Of a stretch of 64,000 nucleotides of DNA, positions 17,485-27,628 are shown one piece after another. How positions within the stretch are numbered: the first letter of the stretch is position 1; every line of letters starts with the position of its first letter. The DNA is from Bacteroidales bacterium (lineage in GTDB: Bacteria > Bacteroidota > Bacteroidia > Bacteroidales > WCHB1-69): positions 25,605 through 89,604 of the forward strand of contig JAFXTE010000012.1 in assembly GCA_017525245.1 (NCBI GenBank), read 5' to 3'. A program made the translations under genes and the position numbers. Under the pieces are notes generated by a model, which made no database searches, was not told where the DNA came from, and was given only the letters and a program-made list of their open reading frames with translations.

Positions 17485-18339
17485 TTATTTTAAAATCTTC
17501 AATAATTCAACTTCATAAACCACTGGAGTGTAAGGCGGGATTTTGAAAACCTCGTTTCCTTTGTCTCCAAAGGCATAAGGGGAGGGTAGGATAACCGTCA
17601 CTTGGTCGCCCACGCACATATTCTGTACTATGACCTCTATCCCTCGCGCCACCTCATCTTTCCCTATTTCGAAAGTGACAGGGTGTTCGGGATCTGTGCT
17701 GATGTCAAACAAAGAGTTGTCCAGCCTGCGGCCTCGAGCCAGAATCTGAACGGTTTGTTTATTTTTCGCTTTCGGGCCCGAACCTTTTTTGTTCAATGTA
17801 TAATGCAGGCCATGATATTTTTTGTCTATGCGGTATTCGGCCACATAGTCCAAAATGAGTGAATCTTCAACGTGACGAAGCTGCTTTTTGTATTCCTGAT
17901 AACGTTCTTCGGCTTTTTCCAAATTTTGTTTTGACATGATTTTCAGCAGTTTAATGTCAACATAGATGGGGCTTTTCCCATAAGGATATTCTCCCATGCC
18001 TAAGAAGTCCTCATAAAATGGCTGGCCGTCGAAAATGAATGTGGCGCTGTCACCGAGGTGCATGTCGCGCAGGGCGGAGTATAGGTCACCTTTGTAAAGT
18101 TCGTCAACCAGCATGTTGTTTCGAGTCATTGGCGAGATAACGGTGTCTTGGGTTCGCAGGCCCATATTGACGACCACAAAGTCTCCGGTTTGCGGTTGTT
18201 CGTTGTTTTCGTTTTGGCTGAAATAGTGGTAGTAATATCCTGAAGAGTCATGTTTAAATCCGCTGTATTTCCGGCACGAAATAACGGAAATACAGGTCAG
18301 AAAGAGAAGTGCAGGCAATATCAAGAATTTGATTTTCAT
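17485..18339 (-). CDS. FKBP-type peptidyl-prolyl isomerase paralog (divergent)
   Basis: Similar to the neighbouring FKBP along its length; AFGDKG...IPPYTPVVYEVELL. Confidence 0.85.
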   Translation of the reverse strand: MKIKFLILPALLFLTCISVISCRKYSGFKHDSSGYYYHYFSQNENNEQPQTGDFVVVNMGLRTQDTVISPMTRNNMLVDELYKGDLYSALRDMHLGDSATFIFDGQPFYEDFLGMGEYPYGKSPIYVDIKLLKIMSKQNLEKAEERYQEYKKQLRHVEDSLILDYVAEYRIDKKYHGLHYTLNKKGSGPKAKNKQTVQILARGRRLDNSLFDISTDPEHPVTFEIGKDEVARGIEVIVQNMCVGDQVTVILPSPYAFGDKGNEVFKIPPYTPVVYEVELLKILK

Positions 18340-18343
18340 TGTT

Positions 18344-18952
18344 CTAATTGTATGGATTAGGTATATAGTTGGTTTTCGAACGATTGTCAGTTTTTTCCAA
18401 AAGTTTTATTTCCATCATGACAGGTTGGAGACCTTGGATGCGGTCGCCGTCGCCGGCCACTCCGTAAGCTAAATAGGAAGGAATGACCAATCGTGCCCGG
18501 GCGCCGGGTCGAAGCATTTGCGCAGCCTCGTGCAGCGCGTCAATCTCTTCGGATCTGTTCACCACGAACTGTTTCGCACCGAGACTGTCGGAACTGTATA
18601 TCATTTCACCGGAGAGCAGGAATGTACTATACTCTAAAGTCACGGGGTCGTTTTCCTTGTAAAGTTCGCCGTTGCCGGGTTCCAACACCTCGATGTAGAG
18701 TCCTGTGGGCGTGCGTTGCATATCCCATCCATACCGTTTTAGAAACATCTGGATTTCTTCGTTTTCCCGACGCATGATATTCTTGTTTCCTTCCACGTAT
18801 GGGTCGGTTTTCTCCATCTTTTCCTTTTCAGACGAGCCTATTACGCTGCCTGTGGCGTTTTTACGGTGGCAGGAGTAGAAGGCGCTGGAAAAGAGTGTGA
18901 GAAGCGCAAGAAAACAGATGTTACAAATTCGCTTGTTAAGACTGTTGTGCAT
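18344..18952 (-). CDS. FKBP-type PPIase lipoprotein (GldI-like)
   Basis: Start MHNSLNK overlapping the nrnA stop; TPTGLY, LVIPSYLAYGVAGDGDRI. Confidence 0.8.
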   Translation of the reverse strand: MHNSLNKRICNICFLALLTLFSSAFYSCHRKNATGSVIGSSEKEKMEKTDPYVEGNKNIMRRENEEIQMFLKRYGWDMQRTPTGLYIEVLEPGNGELYKENDPVTLEYSTFLLSGEMIYSSDSLGAKQFVVNRSEEIDALHEAAQMLRPGARARLVIPSYLAYGVAGDGDRIQGLQPVMMEIKLLEKTDNRSKTNYIPNPYN

Positions 18953-19949
18953 TTTCCCGTACCGCTTTTTCAAAGTGAGCAATGGCATCTTCCATGGAGC
19001 CGTGGTAAAAGGCGCCGGCGGCGTTGGCATGTCCGCCGCCCTCGAAGTATTTGCGGGCGAAGAGGTTGACATCCACAATCCCTTTGGAGCGGAAGGACAC
19101 GCGGATTCGGTTATCCCGCTCTGTGAAAAAAGCCGTGTAATGCACAATGCCCATGGATAGTCCGTAGTTGACGAACCCTTCCGTATCACCGATTTGGAAA
19201 CCGTTGTCGGTCAGGTCTTTCTTGGTCAGATACATGTAGGAGGCACCAAATTCCGGCATCACCACCATGCGCTGCGACAAGGCCAGTCCCAACAGTTTCA
19301 TACGGCTTTCGGTGTAGTTGTCATAGACTTTACGATGGATTTCCTCACCATTGATGTCGGCCTCGATAAGTTTGCGCAACACGGTGTAGGATTTCGGGTA
19401 GTCGCAGGTGTAAGACATGGAGCCGGTGTCGGTGATGATCCCCACATAAAGGCATTCGGCAATCTCTTTTGTGATAGGCTTTTCGGGTGTAAGATATTGG
19501 TACAGGAAATCATACACCAATTCGGAGGCGGAGGTTGTGAGATGTGTGGAGTACATGACATCGCATTTGATGTCGGGCTGCACATGATGGTCGATCAGCA
19601 CCTTGAAATGTGTGGATTTTGAAATCGCATTCTGCAGGTCTTGACCGGCGCGGTGCGGGGCATTCATATCGACCACGAAAAGCATGTCGGCGTCGCGGAT
19701 GCGTTTGCGCGCCTCCACGAGGTTTTCCTGCGCCACGATGATTTGTTCTGCGCCGGGCATCCATTGCAGGAAGTTCGGGAACGGGTTGGGTGAAATGACA
19801 GAGGCTTCATAACCTTCGTCCTGAAAATAATGGTATAAGGCCAGCGCACTACCCAAAGCATCCCCGTCGGGATTGAAATGGAAGACAATGGCAATGGTCT
19901 TTGTCTCTTTCAGCGCAGCCTGAATTTTCTGTATATCCTGTTCTTCCAA
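18936..19949 (-). CDS. nrnA: DHH family bifunctional oligoribonuclease/PAP phosphatase
   Basis: HFNPDGDALGS, IDHH, GIITDTG, SFRS, GGGHANAAG. Confidence 0.92.
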   Translation of the reverse strand: MEEQDIQKIQAALKETKTIAIVFHFNPDGDALGSALALYHYFQDEGYEASVISPNPFPNFLQWMPGAEQIIVAQENLVEARKRIRDADMLFVVDMNAPHRAGQDLQNAISKSTHFKVLIDHHVQPDIKCDVMYSTHLTTSASELVYDFLYQYLTPEKPITKEIAECLYVGIITDTGSMSYTCDYPKSYTVLRKLIEADINGEEIHRKVYDNYTESRMKLLGLALSQRMVVMPEFGASYMYLTKKDLTDNGFQIGDTEGFVNYGLSMGIVHYTAFFTERDNRIRVSFRSKGIVDVNLFARKYFEGGGHANAAGAFYHGSMEDAIAHFEKAVRENAQQS

Positions 19950-20010
19950 TGTATCAGATTTTGAGGGCGCAAAGATAGTAATTTTTTTGTCACAGAAATA
20001 ATGTCTATAA

Positions 20011-20150
20011 CTTAGACTATGACTTAGACTATGACTATGGTTGATTGTTAATCAGTCTTAGCTTAAGTTTAAGTCTAAGTTTAAGTCTAAGTTTAAGTCT
20101 ATGTCTATGTCTAAGTTTAAGTCTAAGTCAAAGTTTAAATCTATGTCAAA
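20011..20150. repeat. Inverted pair of hexamer arrays (TTAGAC/TATGAC and TAAGTY/TATGTC)
   Basis: Arrays at 20011-20039 and 20054-20150; the second abuts the SDR stop codon. Confidence 0.85.
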
Positions 20151-20916
20151 GCTCCCTTCGTACGATGCGGGAGAGAATGGGTATGCGCCATCGTTCGGGA
20201 ATGATTTTGGTGAGGAGGTAGCTGAGCGGGTTGAGGATGATCTGGCGTTTGCCGCGGAGCATCCCGTCGATATATTTGCGGGCGATGTCGGAGGTGGATT
20301 TCAGGGTGGCGCGGCCGAAGAAGCCCTGCTTGGCGATACGGGCGCTTACTTCCGTGTTGGTGGCCATCGCGCCGGGCGCGGCCAACGTGACCGAAATGCC
20401 CGTGCCTTTCAGCTCCTCGCGCAAGCTTTTCGAGAAGGCGTGGACGTATGCTTTGGATGCGGGATAGACGGTCTTGTAGGCAGTGGCTGTGAATCCTGCC
20501 ATGCTGCCGATGTTCAGGATATGGGAGGGCGTGTTTTGTTGCAGATTCTGAAGCAATAATTTTGTCAAGATGGTGGTACACAAAACGTTGAGGTGGAGAA
20601 TTCGCAGCAGGTAGTCCATGTCGGCGGTTTCGATGGCCCGGCTGCCGCCAGTGCCCACGTTGTTGACGAGGATGCTTATCGGGTATTCTTTCGCGATGGA
20701 TTCCGCCCATCCCTGCACCGCCTTCTCATTGGATAAATCCACGATGAACGACTGGCTGTCAACGGGATATTTGTTGACGATTTCTTCGCGCACGGCATGT
20801 ACGGTTTCAGTTGAGCTGACCAATAGGGTGGGGTAACCCCGCCGCGCCAACTCAAATGCAAGCTCCCGGCCCAATCCTTTGCTGGCTCCCGTAATTATGG
20901 CATATTTGTTGTTCAT
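20146..20916 (-). CDS. Short-chain dehydrogenase/reductase
   Basis: TGASKGLG, LVNNVG, YPASK. Confidence 0.9.
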   Translation of the reverse strand: MNNKYAIITGASKGLGRELAFELARRGYPTLLVSSTETVHAVREEIVNKYPVDSQSFIVDLSNEKAVQGWAESIAKEYPISILVNNVGTGGSRAIETADMDYLLRILHLNVLCTTILTKLLLQNLQQNTPSHILNIGSMAGFTATAYKTVYPASKAYVHAFSKSLREELKGTGISVTLAAPGAMATNTEVSARIAKQGFFGRATLKSTSDIARKYIDGMLRGKRQIILNPLSYLLTKIIPERWRIPILSRIVRREL

Positions 20917-20924
20917 TGAATTTG

Positions 20925-21072
20925 TTGGACTTTGGACTTTGGACTTGAGACTTTGGACTTTGGATTTGAAATATTGGATTTAATAGAGAATGAGAAGATT
21001 TGGGAATAAGAAGACTTTGACAAGGGAGAAATAAGTACTAACCCAATAATTATCAATTATCAATTATCAATT
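20925..21072. repeat. GGACTTT and CAATTAT heptamer arrays
   Basis: Arrays at 20925-20966 and 21044-21072; the second encodes the last codons and stop of the GNAT gene. Confidence 0.75.
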
Positions 21073-22181
21073 CTCTTCCGGTAGCACCTCCTTCTTGCAA
21101 TCACCTCCGAGTCGTACTTCTGCCAGATGCGGGCGGCGATGTTGTCTTCGAGTTGCTGCGAGGTGTAGGCGTATTCGAAGCCGTGGCGCAGGAAGGCCTC
21201 GTGGAGCTGTTTGTGGTAGATGGCGTGGATGCCGGTGTGCGCGTATTCGGGCAGCACACCCGTGAGCAGCAGGTCCACACTCTTGTTGTGACGCAGTGCG
21301 TGGAGTATGTGGAGCGCCCCGAACGGCCACAGCTTACCATCCGCTTTCTTAAAAGCCTGATTCAAAGATGGTATGCTCATGGCAATGCCGACTAACCTGC
21401 CGTTTTCATCTTCCAAAAGGGACACCAAGTCCAAAATCCCGACGGAAAGGTTTTCATCGATAATCCAGGTCATCTCCTCGTGGGTGAGCGGGATGAAGTT
21501 GAAGATGTTGTGATAGCTTTCGTTCAAGACCTCCAAAAAAGCGTAGCCGTCCCTTTTCAACTGTTCTTTGTCCTTGATTTCGCGCAGATGCACATGGTAT
21601 TTCCGGCTCAGCAGGTCGGCCATGCGGGAAATCCGTTCGGACACGGGCGTGACTTTCACCTTGTACTGGATGTAGTCCACTTCTTTCTCAAAGCCCATAA
21701 GGTCCATGTATTCAGGATAATACGGGTAGTTGTAGTCGGCGCCGAGGGAGGTGAGGTGGTCGAAGCCCTCTACCAGCATAGCTTGTTTCTCCATGTTGGA
21801 GTAGCGTGACGGACCGCAGATTTCCTCCAGACCTTGCGACTTTCCCCATTCTTCCACCGTCTGGAACAGCTTTTGGGCCACTTCGAGGTCCTCAATGACA
21901 TCGAACCAGGCGAAGCGGATGCGTTTTTGTCCCTTGATTTCGTTGCATCGGCGGTTGATGATGCCCGCGATGCGCCCGATGATTTTGCCGTCGCGAAGGG
22001 CGAGCCACATCCGTAAGTCGCAGAATGCTAGAGCCGGATGCTTGGTCAGCAGCTTCTCCTCGCCCTTGTCCAACGCAGGCACGTAATAAGGACACGACTT
22101 ATACAGTTCTCGCGGGAATTGTATAAACTTTTTCAACTCCTCACTATTTTTAACTTCTTTTATTTCAATAGTTTGTGCCAT
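21060..22181 (-). CDS. GNAT-fold acyltransferase (YghO / bacterial ceramide synthase-like)
   Basis: FIQFPRELY...YVPAL, GRIAGIIN, RFAWFD, LVEGF, YNYPYY, GVLPEY, QLEDN; paralog of 59553-60668. Confidence 0.75.
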   Translation of the reverse strand: MAQTIEIKEVKNSEELKKFIQFPRELYKSCPYYVPALDKGEEKLLTKHPALAFCDLRMWLALRDGKIIGRIAGIINRRCNEIKGQKRIRFAWFDVIEDLEVAQKLFQTVEEWGKSQGLEEICGPSRYSNMEKQAMLVEGFDHLTSLGADYNYPYYPEYMDLMGFEKEVDYIQYKVKVTPVSERISRMADLLSRKYHVHLREIKDKEQLKRDGYAFLEVLNESYHNIFNFIPLTHEEMTWIIDENLSVGILDLVSLLEDENGRLVGIAMSIPSLNQAFKKADGKLWPFGALHILHALRHNKSVDLLLTGVLPEYAHTGIHAIYHKQLHEAFLRHGFEYAYTSQQLEDNIAARIWQKYDSEVIARRRCYRKRIDN

Positions 22182-22203
22182 AATCGGAAGTTTGAATTAG
22201 CGA

Positions 22204-22299
22204 GCAAATGTACATAAATTACGAATATACACAGACAAATGAAATTGATGCTGTAGAGACGTTTCATGAAACGTCTCTACAATTTCAGAGGAAAGATAC
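22204..22299 (-). mobile_element. ~96-bp REP-containing composite repeat (MITE-like), copy 1, carrying a -7 promoter box
   Basis: Near-identical to 37067-37162 and 39137-39232; REP at 22252-22281; TACATTTG on the minus strand ~23 nt before the GNAT start. Confidence 0.75.
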
Positions 22300-22429
22300 T
22301 AATTTTTGTGAGTGATTCACAATTCACAATAAACAATGAACAAGCTTCAATAACCAATAATCCATAACCATTATTTTTGTATTTTTGCGCCATAAAAAAT
22401 CAATCATTCACCAATAAAATCGAAACATT

Positions 22430-23128
22430 ATGGGAAAAATCAACGATTTGAAAGAACAGGCATTGGCCACCTTGCGTGGTAAATGGGGCTCTTTTGTGGG
22501 TCTCACGTTCCTATACATTCTGTTGGCTGGTATAGCCTCTACCACCACTCAGTTCGGCAATATTTTCACGGGTAGTTCTTTTACCACATTGGCCAAAGTG
22601 ATGACAGGTTCAGGAGCCTTGTTGACTCTTTTGGCTTTGCCTCTGCAATATGGCTACTATGTTGCATATTTGAATTCTTCCCGCCAGGATTTACCTGCTG
22701 ACATCGGGGATTTGTTCTGTGGCTACAAACGTTTTGGGAAAGTGTTAGGCACCTTTTTGCTGATGATGCTGGCAGTGATTGGTGGTTTCATCTTGCTCGT
22801 GGTTCCCGGTATCATTCTTTGTTTTGCATACGCGATGGTTCCATACGTGTTGCGTGACAACCCCGAACTTTCCTGCACAGAAACGCTGGCAAAGAGCCGC
22901 GAGATGATGAAAGGTCACAAATGGGAACTGTTTGTGTTGTATCTCAGCTTCATCGGCTGGGCCATCCTCTGTGTGTTTACCTTCTTCATCGGTTTTCTCT
23001 GGCTTACTCCCTATATGCAGATGACCGAGACCAAATTTTACGAGAAGCTCCGTGCGGAATACGAGGGCTTCGGAGAAGAGGAAATGCCTTTGCGAGAGGA
23101 AGTTGCGCCTGTGGAAGATGACGAATAA
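22430..23128 (+). CDS. DUF975 family membrane protein
   Basis: LKEQALATLRGKWG, VPGII...YAMVPY, SREMMKGHKWELFVLYLSFIGW, LWLTPY. Confidence 0.88.
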   Translation: MGKINDLKEQALATLRGKWGSFVGLTFLYILLAGIASTTTQFGNIFTGSSFTTLAKVMTGSGALLTLLALPLQYGYYVAYLNSSRQDLPADIGDLFCGYKRFGKVLGTFLLMMLAVIGGFILLVVPGIILCFAYAMVPYVLRDNPELSCTETLAKSREMMKGHKWELFVLYLSFIGWAILCVFTFFIGFLWLTPYMQMTETKFYEKLRAEYEGFGEEEMPLREEVAPVEDDE

Positions 23129-23143
23129 TATTGTTTCGTTGTA

Positions 23144-23554
23144 CTACGCGCACACCGGCTTCGGCAGAATCATCGCGCAGTGGTCGATGATGTGGTTGGT
23201 GATTTCGAAACCTCTGTCACAGATTTTCTTATCCGTTGTGCCGTCATAGCCCATATACAGATGGGTGACGTCGTATCCGTTATTAACAAAACTCAGCAAT
23301 TTCCCGTCCCGTTTTGCAACAGCATCACGATACTTTTCGATTGACGGACGACCTTTGCCCTTGCGCACTTGAAAGACCGTGTCAAGGGCAATCAAACAAC
23401 CTTTCCACAGAATATCCCCAGCAGTCCGGACATATTTGCTGTCCATATAAGACTGTGTCTCAGGGTTATACTTGGCCTTTTGGATAACACCCTCGGCGTT
23501 GGCCACATATCTCCGGGCCTCTTCGATGGAATACGTGATTTTAGTGTCTTTCAT
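23144..23554 (-). CDS. DUF5618-like (HEPN-related) small protein
   Basis: EEARRYVANA...YMDSKYVRTAG...LIALD...YDVTHLYMGYDG pattern recognised from memory; own -7 box at ~23582. Confidence 0.65.
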   Translation of the reverse strand: MKDTKITYSIEEARRYVANAEGVIQKAKYNPETQSYMDSKYVRTAGDILWKGCLIALDTVFQVRKGKGRPSIEKYRDAVAKRDGKLLSFVNNGYDVTHLYMGYDGTTDKKICDRGFEITNHIIDHCAMILPKPVCA

Positions 23555-23714
23555 TTTATTTCAGGTTTGAAATTAACGCGGCAAAGATACACTTTTTCTG
23601 ATAAGCTTCGCCATTATATTAATATTATTTTGAATATTGATTTTTTAACAATTAACTAAGTGTTTTCTACCTGAAACGGCATGAAAGTTGCATTCTACGC
23701 TTTGGATTGCGTCT

Positions 23715-25376
23715 CTACAGGGAAAATACCACCTTCACAGGTGTCTCCCACTCTCCCATCATCGCCTTGAACTTCTTCGACGATTTGGCGGAAATGCCCT
23801 CTTTGGGCAGACTTAACGTCCTTGTAATCATTATCGTATTACCGCCCACCACAACATCAATCAGGAGTTTGGCGCCCTCGACGGTGATTTCTTTGTGTGA
23901 AGTTTTCGTCAGACAACGGGCGTTAGCGGGCAATTTGACTGTGTAACCGTATTTCTCGCTCGATTCTTTTGTGTCCACATCGTATTTGCGGTCGTTGTGG
24001 ATGTTCACGGAACGTATCGGTGTGCCATATTGACCGTCGTCGATGGTCATTTCGTAATATTTGCCCGTGAGCTGCGAGACGGACACTTCAGTGGCTCCGG
24101 TTCCATGTACTAGCAGATATTTCATCTGTGGCGATTCCACTTTCTGTTCCATTTTCACCACTGGATCATCCAATTTTCCGCTTTCAAGCGTGATTTCGGC
24201 CACTCTTTCCACGGATATGGGCTGTGCCGTCACATTCTCTATTTTGCCGTCCTGCATGATGAGTGTGGCGGGCGCGAAGAAAGCGTCCAAACTCAGTTCT
24301 TCAATCTCGTTAGCAGAAATATAATCGGTTGCTCCATTTCGTTGGATGCGCACAACGGTCTTCAAATCAGAGGCTAACGAGTTTCCCATAAACGCTAATT
24401 GCGCATCGTTCCCCAAACTTTGCAATACGCCCGCCAACAGGATGTTCTTCTCGATGGGCAACGCGCAGTTGCTCTCCCACACCTGTTGCGGCGAGGCGAA
24501 CATATAGTTCAACACGTTGGCATCCAGATGATTGGTCTGGATATTGTCGTGGATGTAATCCCTAACTGACAAAACCTTGTCCATATCAGTCATCTCTTCC
24601 GTGAATCGACTCATGAAGAAGTCTGTAATCTTCTGATTGCTAAATTTTTGCATTGCATTTTGCTGGGCGATTTTGCCGATGATAAGATGCGGTTCATCCA
24701 TGGTGTAAAACGTGACGGCCTTATAATCACCAGGGAAAATGTACTCATCCGTAGGATATTCTGGCAGATTGGTGAAGGTCATTACGGTGGTTTTCATCCC
24801 TTTGTCGGTGCTTTCGGTTTCCGTGTAGGAAAGTTTTCCGTTCAACACAAATTTCGCGGGCTTGTAGTCCGGCGAGGTCACGCTGACCACGTATTTTTCC
24901 ACCGGCACCTCCTCCTGCAAATCGACCTTTTCCAACAGTTCCTGGAAGAAGAAGTTCTTGGAGCGGATGGTGTAGTCAAGGACGATGACGGCGTCGTACT
25001 CCAGCGCCGTGTGCGTCACCACCATGGTGCGTATGCCGTTGAGCCGCTCGCATTTTGTGCAGCCCTCCGGCAGCATCGGGTTGAAGGCATTCTGGGGCGT
25101 TTCCACCTTGCTGCCATCCTTGCGGATGGTGTAGGCCTCGTTGATAATGAGCTCCTGGAAATCAGGGTTGTAGGTGATGAACGTCTCCCCGAAATGGTCG
25201 AACGTCATCCGCGTGAAAATCTGCAGCTCCGTGCGCTTGCGGAACTCCGTGGAACCGTCCGTATTCAACGTGTAACTCTCGGAAATGAGCTTATAGACGG
25301 CGTCCTTTTCGGGGGCCTTGGCCATGACGGTTGACATGGCGCATATTGCGATGATTATGAGTATGTATCTTTTCAT
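23715..25376 (-). CDS. DUF3857 domain protein with degenerate transglutaminase-like region
   Basis: Signal peptide; N-terminal DUF3857-like (YNPDFQEL.I.EAYTI..DG); no G.C..KA catalytic motif. Confidence 0.7.
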   Translation of the reverse strand: MKRYILIIIAICAMSTVMAKAPEKDAVYKLISESYTLNTDGSTEFRKRTELQIFTRMTFDHFGETFITYNPDFQELIINEAYTIRKDGSKVETPQNAFNPMLPEGCTKCERLNGIRTMVVTHTALEYDAVIVLDYTIRSKNFFFQELLEKVDLQEEVPVEKYVVSVTSPDYKPAKFVLNGKLSYTETESTDKGMKTTVMTFTNLPEYPTDEYIFPGDYKAVTFYTMDEPHLIIGKIAQQNAMQKFSNQKITDFFMSRFTEEMTDMDKVLSVRDYIHDNIQTNHLDANVLNYMFASPQQVWESNCALPIEKNILLAGVLQSLGNDAQLAFMGNSLASDLKTVVRIQRNGATDYISANEIEELSLDAFFAPATLIMQDGKIENVTAQPISVERVAEITLESGKLDDPVVKMEQKVESPQMKYLLVHGTGATEVSVSQLTGKYYEMTIDDGQYGTPIRSVNIHNDRKYDVDTKESSEKYGYTVKLPANARCLTKTSHKEITVEGAKLLIDVVVGGNTIMITRTLSLPKEGISAKSSKKFKAMMGEWETPVKVVFSL

Positions 25377-25468
25377 TTTTTGTTTGTTTTTGTCGTTATT
25401 GCTGCTTCCGCAGTCCGGAGCAGTCTCCTATGTCAACCCCCACACTGCGCTGCGCTTATGTGGGGTTA

Positions 25469-25523
25469 TTACCCCCCTGCCCTGCGGGCATCCCCCCTAA
25501 AGGGGGGAATGGTGCTTCGACCG
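25469..25523. repeat. ~55-bp GC-rich direct repeat, copy 1
   Basis: TTACCCCCCTGCCCTGCGGGCATCCCCCCTAAAGGGGGGAATGGTGCTTCGACCG; near-identical copy at 27543-27595. Confidence 0.85.
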
Positions 25524-25560
25524 AGACATTTTCGTTTAACTGCTAACTGCTAACTGCTAA

Positions 25561-27480
25561 CTACTTGATGAACACCACGGGATTCCCCATGTACCCCCGT
25601 TGGCACTGCACGGCTTTGCGGAACGCTGGCCATTCGGAGGCTTCATAGACGCGCTTGCCGAGGGAAATGGTCTCGTTGAATGTCACCATGTTGTAGCCGA
25701 TGGTGTAACCGCCTTTGAACGAGATGCTTGGCGTGACGAATTGTCGTGCTTCGGGAGCGCTCACACGGGTGTAGCCTGACGGCACCTTCATCGTTTCGCT
25801 GATGGCGACGTAGCGCGAGCAGCGATCGGTGAAGGGGTAGTCGCGCTTTTCGAGACTCGTGTTGTAGTAGAGGTGGCGCATGGTGAAGTTGTAGAAGCCG
25901 TTGGCGAGGAACGGCGTGGCGATGACCTCGTTGTCGGTAACGGTTGCGTAATCAGGGATTTCGAACGTGTACGTAATCTTTACCGGCTGCTTTAGGTATT
26001 CGTCCTCGCTGGTGTATTTTACGCTCTTGAGTTTCGCGTTGGGGTACTCTTGGTAGAGCATCTCCTCCACGCTGCGCTGCCACTCCGTGCGGAAGCCGTA
26101 GAAGACGCCGCGCACGGTGCGGTCGCTCTGCCGGTCGGCGGTGATGGTGACAGTGCCCTTCAGTGTGCCGTTCTTGGTGACCTGCGTGTTGGCTGTCATC
26201 TTGACGTAGTGGTTTTTCGGATCGGAAACGGGCGTGAGTCCCAACTTCGCGCCGTTGGGGAGTCCCATGAGGTAGTTCTGCTGCTGCTCCGCGCTGGACC
26301 ACAGTTCGCCGCGCACGCCCGGCACCCACGTGGGATCCAGGAGTTGGTAGTTGCCGTTGCGTCGCTGCACCACCGTGATGCAGTGGTTGAACTGGTCGGC
26401 GGGGATGTCCTCGATGCGCTCGCCGGCCATCGTCATCGCGGCGTAGGCCTTGAACCCTGCCGCCCGCAACATGCCGATGAGCATTCCGGCCTTGTCCTTG
26501 CAGACGCCACAACGGTCGCGGAAGGTCATCTCGCACTTGTGGAGCGTGAACCCCTCGCCCTCGCCCATGGAGATGCCGGAGTAGCGCACGTTGTCGGCCA
26601 CCCAGTGCGTGAGGATGTCCAAGCTGTCGTTCTCGGTCTTGGCCGGCTTCAGCAGCTCATCGACCTTTGCTTGGATCTCCGGTGTGGCCTCGAAACTGCC
26701 GAAGTCCTCGTTCACGCCGTAGAACCACATCGACTTGGCTTCCCAGTCTTTCGCGGTGGTCACGATGACTTTCGGCTCGATGTCATTGTTTGCCACCGTG
26801 TAGCGCGGGGTCTTCAGCGGGAAATAGTCTTTGTTCTCGAAAGTGAAGATAGTGCGGTCGCCGTCCTTCTTCGTTTTCATGTTGAGATTGCCGTTATAGA
26901 TTTTGTACTGCAAGTTCTTGTTGGTCAGCACATTGACCTGATACACTTTCTCCTTCACGGGTTGGCTGTTCCAGAAGGGGACGATATCGTAGAAGTGGCC
27001 GCGCATGGGCGGGATGTACTTCGCGTCGGGGTCGTCGCCTTGCAGCAGGGCGTAGGTAAAGCCCTTCTTGTAGGTGAGGAACTCCACTTCGTCGCCGGGT
27101 TCGAGGCGGCCGAGGGCGACCATCTTCTGCCGCGCCCCCCAGTAGATCATGTGGGCCGGGGCGGGATAGTCGCAGACCATGAAGTCGGGGTGTTCCTCCG
27201 TGCCGTCGTGGCGATAGACGACCACGTCGCGGATCTCGCAGTAGGCCGACAGCGGGTCGTAATCGACGATGACGGTGTTGTAGTCGCGCCCGCCGATATC
27301 ACTCAAGATACGGTAGCGCTGGTGGTTGACATAGTGGCTGAGACCGTTCTCCTCCATGCGCACAGTCATGCTGTCGTAGAGGGTCACGCGGTCGTAGCCG
27401 GCGTAGGGGTCGTTCTCCTGCGCGGTAGCTGCCATGCCGAGGCACAGCAGCAGGGTTGATAGTAGGGTTCTTATGTTCAT
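25561..27480 (-). CDS. DUF3857 + transglutaminase-like domain protein
   Basis: Signal peptide; WVADNVRY, GVCKDKA, QFNHC, LLDPT (Cys-His-Asp triad). Confidence 0.85.
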   Translation of the reverse strand: MNIRTLLSTLLLCLGMAATAQENDPYAGYDRVTLYDSMTVRMEENGLSHYVNHQRYRILSDIGGRDYNTVIVDYDPLSAYCEIRDVVVYRHDGTEEHPDFMVCDYPAPAHMIYWGARQKMVALGRLEPGDEVEFLTYKKGFTYALLQGDDPDAKYIPPMRGHFYDIVPFWNSQPVKEKVYQVNVLTNKNLQYKIYNGNLNMKTKKDGDRTIFTFENKDYFPLKTPRYTVANNDIEPKVIVTTAKDWEAKSMWFYGVNEDFGSFEATPEIQAKVDELLKPAKTENDSLDILTHWVADNVRYSGISMGEGEGFTLHKCEMTFRDRCGVCKDKAGMLIGMLRAAGFKAYAAMTMAGERIEDIPADQFNHCITVVQRRNGNYQLLDPTWVPGVRGELWSSAEQQQNYLMGLPNGAKLGLTPVSDPKNHYVKMTANTQVTKNGTLKGTVTITADRQSDRTVRGVFYGFRTEWQRSVEEMLYQEYPNAKLKSVKYTSEDEYLKQPVKITYTFEIPDYATVTDNEVIATPFLANGFYNFTMRHLYYNTSLEKRDYPFTDRCSRYVAISETMKVPSGYTRVSAPEARQFVTPSISFKGGYTIGYNMVTFNETISLGKRVYEASEWPAFRKAVQCQRGYMGNPVVFIK

Positions 27481-27542
27481 AGTGGATGGGTGTTCTTTTT
27501 TTGGTTAGCACTTCGCACGTCTTGCCCCTTCGGGGCGGCTTT

Positions 27543-27595
27543 TTACCCCCCTGACCTGCGGGCATCCCCCCTAAAGGGGAATGGTCCTTCGACCG
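27543..27595. repeat. ~55-bp GC-rich direct repeat, copy 2
   Basis: Matches 25469-25523. Confidence 0.85.
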
Positions 27596-27628
27596 TATTA
27601 TTCTACATTCATCATTCTACATTCTACA

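Noticed and set aside
16590-19949. Three tandem FKBPs behind nrnA as a novelty
   Set aside because: Resembles a common Bacteroidota arrangement.
20101-20559. ORF starting MSMSKFKSKSKF
   Set aside because: Start comes from the hexamer array; the remainder is antisense to the SDR.
26050-27459. 469-aa antisense ORF (also 42199-43623, 59514-60698, 61121-62263)
   Set aside because: Each lies opposite a well-supported gene and has typical shadow-ORF composition.
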